Assembly: GCF_009914755.1 (NCBI RefSeq)
Contig: NC_060938.1
Strand: one strand, 5' to 3'
Length of the DNA stretch: 64,000 nucleotides
From: the human T2T-CHM13v2.0 reference genome, Homo sapiens
In this document: in pieces, positions 54,526-64,000 of the stretch
Layout: each line of letters starts with the position of its first letter
Numbering within the stretch: the first letter of the stretch is position 1
Translations under genes and position numbers: made by a program
Notes under the pieces: generated by a model
The model's database searches: none
Seen by the model: the letters and a program-made list of their open reading frames with translations, nothing else
Told to the model about the DNA's origin: nothing

Positions 54526-56024
54526 TTAATAATATTTAACTCTAACATACGTACTTTGAAAATTATCACCACACATATCAATTCACCTTCTTTTAATCAC
54601 ATGTACACATTTTTATTTATTACTGAATTCAGTGAGGGATGCACAATATGTTCTCTTCCTGCCAAATTGGTATTCTCTTACTTACATAACAGATTCATCC
54701 CACCATTCAATCATCTTAGAAGCTCAACTCAACCTCAAAGTTCCTCACATATTCAATCACCTGTTCAAATCCTTCCAACAGATTCCTATCTCAGAATAAA
54801 AGTAAAATTCCAATGGCCTTTGAGGTCCTAGGTAAACAGGTCTCTACCTCCCTCTCTGACTTCAAAGCTCCTACAACTCCCTCCTGTAATTACTCCATTC
54901 CCACTGTACGTGAAGCCTGCCACCCCTCTGTCTGAAAATAGGGATCTAATGCCTTACTCATAAATCACAGGCAGCTACAAGTATCTTTGTACTGAACAAA
55001 ATTATATTCCAATGATAGTCATTAAGCCTTGAAATAAAAATTAGGAGCTAATTATTAATATAAATATTCAAAGTAAACTATAAATACCAGTGGGAAGACT
55101 AAACCAAATATAGTTTTGCTAAATATTACCACATGTATCCTAAATTATGATTTTATAACAAGTAGGTGCCTTTAAAACATTACATAGTCATAAAAATATG
55201 TAATTTGACATATTTTCAGATTTGTTAAATTAATATGATTAATAACAAAGATATACCAACTAAAATACATAAAAAGCTACTTAAAGCAAGGTATTACAAG
55301 ACACAGCAATACACTTCAGTTCATCTGGGAAATCTAGAATTAAGTGTCAAAGATAATCAATTAAATTTTAATTTGAAAATACTCATTTCAGGTGTAAACA
55401 TTTCCATTTATACTTACATTATGGTCTTAACATGTGGCAACATAAAGTCATTAAAATTATTATTTCAGCAGTACAGAACTATCTACCTTAAAATATGACT
55501 CTGTGCCTAATAAAATTTCATAGGTGACACAATGTCTTTTCTCAAAGTAAATCATCTCTCACCTCTACCTTTTATTTCCTAGAAATGGGGCACGTTTCTA
55601 AGCTGGTATAGTAAACACGGTTTTCCTTTTTTTTTATTAAAACAGCTTTGTTGAAATATAATTTACATACTATAGAATGTATCTGTTTTAACTTAAAGTT
55701 AAAAGAATTTTTAGTCCATTTACTGAGTTGTGCAGCCATCTCTACAATCAAACTTTACAGCATTTCCATCACTGCAAGATCCCTGACGCCCATTAGCAGT
55801 CACTACCAGCTTTCAGCCCCAGCCCTTTGCAAACATTAGTCTACTTTTTGTCCCTATACGTTTATCTTTTCTGGATGCTTCATGTAAATGGAATTATACA
55901 GTATGGTAAACACACTTTTTATCCATTGATTTTTATATTCAACTAAGTTCAACATGTATCCAGAACCAAATGTTTAAATTTTCTTTCTAAAAGTTTGAAA
56001 ATATTTATCTTCCTTGATACTTAC

Positions 56025-56940
<916 letters not shown>

Positions 56941-58108
56941 CTAAATAAAACAAAAGAAAGTTTTAGCTAGTACTCAATAAAATATCATGATTACCTCTGA
57001 AGCTAAAGTATAACCTGCACATCCATATACTAAAAAGGTTACTGTAAGTGGATATCCAACTGGAGAAAAAGTTGAAGCAAAACTTTGAACTTTATAGAGC
57101 ATAAGTTCCAAAAAGTTCAGAAATTTATTTAAAGTCAATGAATTTATAAAAGTAAACACACACACACACACGCACACCAGAGAATTTTTAAGAATTTCAG
57201 AATTGGAAAAGCCTTTCCCTGAATTACAACAAACTCAAAAGCATAAATTAAAGCATTAACAAATTTGACTAAATTAAAATATATCAAAAAATTGCATTTA
57301 CACTTTGATATCTAACCCATACACCACCCTATAGTAAGAACCTTAGTTCACACATATTTGGACAGATAAAATTTCCCAGAGTTATTACAGTTCTGTTTCA
57401 CTGATAACATTCTATTTTAATTTGACTCTTTTAACACTTTTATAGTCAGTTGAAAGAATTACATTTACTAAATCATAAATCTAGACATTATACTAGTCAC
57501 TCCTATATACATTCATTGATGAACCCATCTAGTTACCACAAATTTGAAAAAGAAATGTTAAAAATATAAGCAAGCTACAGGATTTTCCCCAGGACTTCTT
57601 ACTCTACTTCTAGTTCTCTGAGAGATCACAGTTACTTCTGTGGTGTAAATGTATCAATACGAAAGAAAAGTTTTATTTCAAAACACCAATGGTAAATAAG
57701 ATAAAATTTATAGAGCTCTTCTTAGAATATCATGAGATTATTTGTGATTGCAATAATTTGTTTCCTCTTTATAGTATTAGGTACAGTAATCAATATGAAA
57801 TGGCAGGAAGTACAAGGAACAATTTTACTGGGAACAAAATCTTTATCAATAGGTTATCACTAAGTATATATTATGGCATATTATTGTTTTCAAAAGCTCT
57901 TTGTAATAAAATAATATCCTATGTGGATGCCAAGATTTATAATAAAAATAATTGTACCTGTAAGTGTCATCATTCATTTTTTAAAAATGAGATAACATTT
58001 CTGGTTTGTTTTAGACCAAAATATTATATATTAAATCAAGAGGATATTATAAGTAACATTGATAAAATAAAGTTTAAAATATAGAATTTTTACCAAAGAT
58101 TTATTTAT

Positions 58109-58288
58109 CTGATTTGGAGTATTTCTTGTAGTCTTCGGTTTCATCTCTAGTGATTGAATAGTTGGTTCAAGTTGTTTTGCTTCAACTTCTTTCTTATATT
58201 GTTTCCCTTTCCTTTCTAATTCTTCTCTATTTTTTTGCACAGCATATTAACATTTGTTTTTTCTTCACTTTCTTGTCTTAAGATGCAT
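58109..58288 (-). pseudogene. ANKRD20A-like exon with a 1-nt deletion in an A run and a mutated donor (AG|ATAAAT)
   Basis: CILRQESEEKTNVNML, then a frame change to KNREELERKGKQYKKEVEAKQLEPT; GT donor replaced by AT. Confidence 0.85.
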
Positions 58289-59334
58289 CTGCAGACAAAG
58301 ACATTTATCTTAAAATTCATTTTGTTAAAAAATAAAGAGATCATCCTGTGATCTACCTCTGCAGATGCTCTTTATCATCCTAGTAAAATTTCTATGTTCT
58401 GGATTATTTTTCCTTTGTAGTTCTCAGATATTTAATTTCTCACTTCAACATCTTCAAACGAATGCATATACTTGAAAATTAGTAAGGAAAGAATATTCTG
58501 CTAAAGTTTTTATTACTAGTCACTCTAGTATGTATTATACAAAAAGATACTGGAAATAATTCAGTATAGTTAGAAGTTCAAAATTACCTTTTCAAATCAC
58601 ACAGTCATAATTACTACCTGATTAGAAAAGGTCATTTACAATCAACTAAATTTTTAAAGTTACTATTTATTGACAAGCGTATAAGTTCACTAGAAATAAA
58701 TTTTCATCTCTATGAAATATTGCAGGTGTCTCTCCAAATGATTTACAGAGTAAGATATCTCTCACACAAACTATATCTGCAGATTATTGTCATCTAAAAC
58801 TAGGCTAAAGAGTCTAACATCTGTTACCCCACACTTTTTCTAATTCTTTCTTAATACTTCCAGTTCACCTTCTTATTACATATATTTTATATATTTATTA
58901 AGCTATTGTTCATTATGTGTAATATATAATTAATGCCCTTAATAAGTGTGTGTATGTTTACACAAGTTATGTTTTCCTGTGAAATCTAGTCCCAGAAGTG
59001 GAGTTGTTGAGTTAAAGGGATGTCAGGTTATTTGAAATTTTGATAAACAGCACTAAGTTACCCTTCAGAAATAATTTACCAATTTCATATACCAACAGTG
59101 TATGAGAATGCCTTTTTCCTCTCATTTTCAATGGTAGGAATTACTTTTTCAATATCAGCATGACTTTACAAAATATATCTTATTTTATGTTAATTTGCAT
59201 TTTTCTGATTACTAGGCAGGGCTAAATATCCCTGGTAAAACTATAAAACTTGTTAATCATAATGAACATTAGTCCAATTTTGAATTAGTTTATAGCACAA
59301 TGACAATTATCTGCTGAGAAATACTGCTATAGGT

Positions 59335-59641
<307 letters not shown>

Positions 59642-59660
59642 CTGCTATAGGCTTACTTAC

Positions 59661-59824
59661 CTATCATGCTTTTCCTTCAGTTTCTTGGGAAATTGCTGAG
59701 GATACGTTTTCCCAATCTTTCTTTCTTTGGTTAATCTGTCAGCAGCAGCAGAAGATGTACTATGACATACATTTTCTGATAGTTGTATTTTTTCACTTTT
59801 GTTTGTATTATTTCCTTCTTTGAC
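59661..59824 (-). pseudogene. ANKRD20A-like exon VKEGNNTNKSEKIQLSENVCHSTSSAAADRLTKERKIGKTYPQQFPKKLKEKHD
   Basis: AAG acceptor, GTAAGT donor, open frame. Confidence 0.88.
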
Positions 59825-61561
59825 CTTTAATAAAAGTAATATGAATAATAATTATTATTTTATTCAATAAAAAAACTTTTTCCCTGATTTTTTAACTTGA
59901 TTCAGGTTAACTATCACCATTTTAATGATAAAAGTATTTTGTGCTTACTTTAATTTTATCATTATACATAATAATTATAAGATACTCATCATTTTATCAT
60001 TGAAATTTTTGTCAAGTCTGCTCATTTCTGTTTGAGTGAATGGAAGAATTTTCCAAAATTTCAAAAAGGACTCTTCTCCATTTTGTGCTTTTATTCGCAT
60101 CCACTCTTTGCTATCTGATATAAATGTTTATGCTAGTTGACTGGCAGAAACAGAGAAATAAAAAGACACAGGCATAACATATATCTTCTGTCATTGCCAC
60201 ATGGATTTTACATGAAATAGCCAGATTAAGAGGATGTAACCTTGTAGGCCTTCAAGAACAGTAAAGAAGTTTTCCCTTTTCTGCACTGAGCTATTCTTTT
60301 CCCCACTGCCTTTTATCTCTTTTTTTTTTTTTTTTGAATCCTGGGATATCAAAAAAGTGAAAGTTCTCCCTGAACTATGGGAACCAATGTTTGTTTGCCA
60401 CAACACAAGAAGCAGAATGAAACTGCTGAGTTCCTAGTGCAGAATTCTGGAAAACGAGATGCTTCCCAGATTTCACATTCAGTTACCACAAATGTTTATA
60501 GGTGGAACACATATGGTACAGTTATCTACTTAAGCCATATTATCTACTGAAAATGGGAGTCAAACCAACCAAGACATACGAAATGTTTCATCCAGAGCTC
60601 TTGAGGCGGCATTCCCTAGCATTTCATGGCACCAAATAACATTATACAATTCCATGTTGCTGAATTACATAAATTACCAGATAAATTTATCAAATTAGTC
60701 AGATATATTAAAAGTCTAACGAGCAAAGCAATTTAACACCTCAGAGGGTGGAAAAAGGCCTCATCTGCTTTTACTTTGAAAGAAGAAAATCTCTAGATTT
60801 TTGTCTATCTTTAGAACACAGTGTACAGAACTCAACTTTCTACTAAAGAGTCAAAGGTTAAATTTTTAGCTAAGAAATTATGCTTCTTACATGATAAAAA
60901 TCATACATGCCAAAACTTACCATACTTTATTAAACAACATAATGTAAGGTCTGATTCAACAGAAATATTGGAGTGGTGATTTTTTTAAATATGTGGAAGT
61001 ATATATTTGTTTTCAAAATATTGGAAATAACCATGATGGAACTATAAATTCAAACAGTTTGAGCTAAGCAGATAAACTTGCATGCATGAAAACACATTAA
61101 ACAGACTCATTTGTCTGGGAATATTCATTGCAACTCTCAAGGCTAGAAGTGTTTTTGTGGCTCATCTCAGTCATTGCTTCCCTCCCATTGTATTCCCATT
61201 CTATCATTAAATAAATGTAATTCATCTCTAAATGACTATAGTAAAAAGAATCTAGAATCTAAAGCTTATTTCTTTAGCAATTTCTTTATGTTGATCTGGT
61301 TCAGAAGGTCACATGGTATATGGCTGAATTAGTTTCCCAGCTCATATGCCACTTGGAAGACTGAGAGTGAGACTTAGGTTGATTAATGAACAAACATTAT
61401 GAGAACATTCTCCGAACCATTGTTTAGATAGCAGGACTAGTCTACTTTGACACATAATTACACATTTAGAAAACCCCGCTGTAACTGTACACATGGGATT
61501 TTCTTGAATAGAAAATTTGACTAAATCAAATAATTGATAAAGAGAAAAAAGAAGCAGCAAG

Positions 61562-62669
61562 TGAACCTCTGTCTTTTTGAAGTTGGACTTTCTCTTTCTC
61601 CAAAGCCAGGAACTCTACTTGTAACATGCCTACCTCATTCTTTTTACTATTATTATACTTTAAGTTCTGGTACATGTGCACAATGTGCAGGTTTGTTACG
61701 TATGTACACATGTGTTATGTTAGTGACCTTGAAATATCTTGCTGTAAGTTTCTAGCTATATTTTTTGATGTTCTCTCACTATGTGGCAAAGAATAACCCA
61801 GATTTTATAATTCAAGATTCATGGTTTTGTAGTTATTAACACTGGGATTGTCATTCAGTGGCTTCTGGAATAAGCATTGTGTTGGTTTTCTGTTTTTATA
61901 AGTATCTGTAGCAGCAGAAATACTGTGGCTTTCTATCTGAATCATATGCTTCATTTCTTTGGGGTGGGTAAACCACAAATCAAAAAGACTTTCTGGATCT
62001 CTAGACTGAGACCAATGCCTAATGTCTAATTTCCAATTAGTGGTATTTGGGTTTATACATTTTTCCATTTGCATGTCAAACTCTTAATCATCTTTCATTT
62101 CAATCATAATTACTGGGTTCTTTACTTTTTCAGTTTCTATATCATAACAAAAATTTTCATCATCTGTGTTAGAAACAAGCTGTGTGTCTGGTTTGTTATC
62201 ATTTTTATAGTTTGATTTATTTTAATTTAAATGAAGCTTAGAAGATGACTGGTAAGTGTATTTCAGGGACCTGGAGTGTGAATGGAATAAAAAGACATTT
62301 GACATGGGCTTCCTCTGTTCAGGCGCTGCCTGGACTGCCACAGAGCTAGACCCTCCAGATACATTTTTCTCCTCACAATCAGGGACATGATTCATCACAC
62401 TAGAGGGCACTCCTTTTTTGTTCATCCCTCTTTAGAGTTACCATGTAGGAGCTCTTCCTCAGGGCAAGCAGTAATTTTGGAGTTTTCAGAACTTTTACCA
62501 ATATTCAGCTTGAACTTGTTTGTAATGAATTTTAAAGAAAGTCATGAATATATAGATAGATTCCCTTTATCACAGTTCTTACCCAGTTCTGGTTCTTGAG
62601 ACTTTTTTGGGGGGGGTCAGGTGCAAAATGGAAAACAAATTTGCTTGTTTTGTTTCTCAGATGTCTTTT
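61562..62669 (-). pseudogene. Decayed ~1.1-kb CCDC144-like ancestral exon
   Basis: ACPEEELLH..VPDCEEKNVS..QSSSKLHLN..IEMKDD*EFDMQM..KNEVGMLQVEFLALEKEKVQLQKD resembles the recalled CCDC144A large exon; several stops. Confidence 0.75.
61643..61725 (-). mobile_element. ~80-bp L1PA extreme 3' tip inside the decayed exon
   Basis: Minus strand reads ACATACGTAACAAACCTGCACATTGTGCACATGTACCAGAACTTAAAGTATAATAAT, the L1PA 3' terminus. Confidence 0.9.
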
Positions 62670-63868
62670 CTGTCAGAGTGCATGTTTTAAAATTAGCTTT
62701 AATCAAGTATAAACAAAGAAATATTAGAAAATAATTAAAATTTAACTGTGAAACTTAATCTATGTGTTGCTACTCTTAAATTATGGGATTGTATCTAAAA
62801 AGTGAAAAATAATTTGCCTTGGCTTAACATAGGACAGAAACATGAACCAGCAAGCTGAACTCTCAGTGTCTGTTTGGACTAAACTTAATGCATTTGTGTA
62901 AAATCTACCAGAAATGAATTCAAAGATGATAGGTAGTATTATAAAAGCTTCCTCTCTTACAAAGACTTTACCTCAGCATACCAGAAAGAGTGAGCCCCTA
63001 CAGTGCATGTTTATTTCTGAAGATGAACTAGAGCACTAGGCAAACACTAAATTATTAAGAGCTAAACTGAACACCAATAAGAAAGAGAAGCAAAATTTTA
63101 AATTCTAATTCAAATGATATACTATGATAGTGTTATGTATCTAGATAGAATTTCTGCTTATATCCACTTCTAATATATTTTAAGTTCCGGTAGTGATAGG
63201 GTTTGGATTTTTTAAATTTTAGTAATGTTTACTATGTATTTATGTTGAAATAAAGTTATTGTTCACACCCTGACACCAAAGGTCCCATTCTGCAAGGTAG
63301 GATTCTCTTAATAGGCAACTGCATTGACTTTTATGACCCCATTCACTCCCTGAACACAGACACAGAAGTCAGCTGGTGACCACAAAACAGAATAAATCTT
63401 TAACCTCGGCACTGGTGACCAGCAATATAAAACTGCAACATTTGAAACACTGGCAATGATGACTCCTTTAACACTAGTTTAACTCAGTGGCCATTGTTGT
63501 TAAACTGTTCATAATTTCTATTCCTCAGTAATATGACCCAATACTTCATGTTACCTTGTGTATTATGAGTAAGGTTACATAAATAAAACAGCAAGATAAT
63601 TCTGAAAATTTCTTGCCTCAATTCCAAGGGTAAAGACAACTATGAGTTACTAGAGATACTAAGAATTACTAGAATAACTAATAGTTACTAGAGATAGTAA
63701 GAATATCTTAAGTTTCATAACTGGTTAAGATGTTTTAAAAATTAAATATAAAATTATGATCTATTGGATTCTAAAGGTATAGTCTGAAAGGTCATGTCAT
63801 TTGGACTATGCTTTGTTAGTAAAGCAAAAAAAACCTAATATTAAACAAGAACTTAAATTTTCATATAC

Positions 63869-63939
63869 CTGTGATTGCTTCTTTTCACTTCTTTCACACC
63901 TTTCTTGCTCTTCCTCTAAAGCCACTGGTAAGGTTTGTT
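63869..63939 (-). pseudogene. ANKRD20A-like exon QTLPVALEEEQERCERSEKKQSQ (71 nt)
   Basis: CAG acceptor, GTATAT donor, open frame. Confidence 0.85.
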
Positions 63940-64000
63940 CTGTTGACAAATTCATTGATTTAGTTCAAATGAACTAAGAAGAGTTAGATAAAGACTATAA

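Overview
Primate (human or great-ape type) pericentromeric segmental-duplication DNA; I found no intact protein-coding gene. The right half (~37-64 kb, minus strand) is the 3' part of an intron-containing ANKRD20A-family pseudogene (ANKRD18/ANKRD26/CCDC144 clan). Its exons carry several frameshifts, stops and a dead splice donor, and its introns hold ordinary Alu/L1/LTR insertions. The left half (1-35 kb) starts in 48-bp CER satellite. It contains two diverged copies of one module: CCACTGACCAGG minisatellite, MST (MaLR) element, SNX18 processed pseudogene, SNX18-derived repeat. It also holds a twin-primed L1, an old L1 5' half and an ACTB 3'UTR retrocopy. The most unusual signal is that most elements between ~3.8 and 32.8 kb carry short (30-270 bp) locally templated inverted copies, often with junction microhomology, and two such scrambled units were then amplified in tandem (~635 bp and ~3.1 kb periods). 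I did not notice this pattern in the right half. Family and subfamily assignments come from recalled sequences and by-eye comparison; repeat boundaries are approximate.
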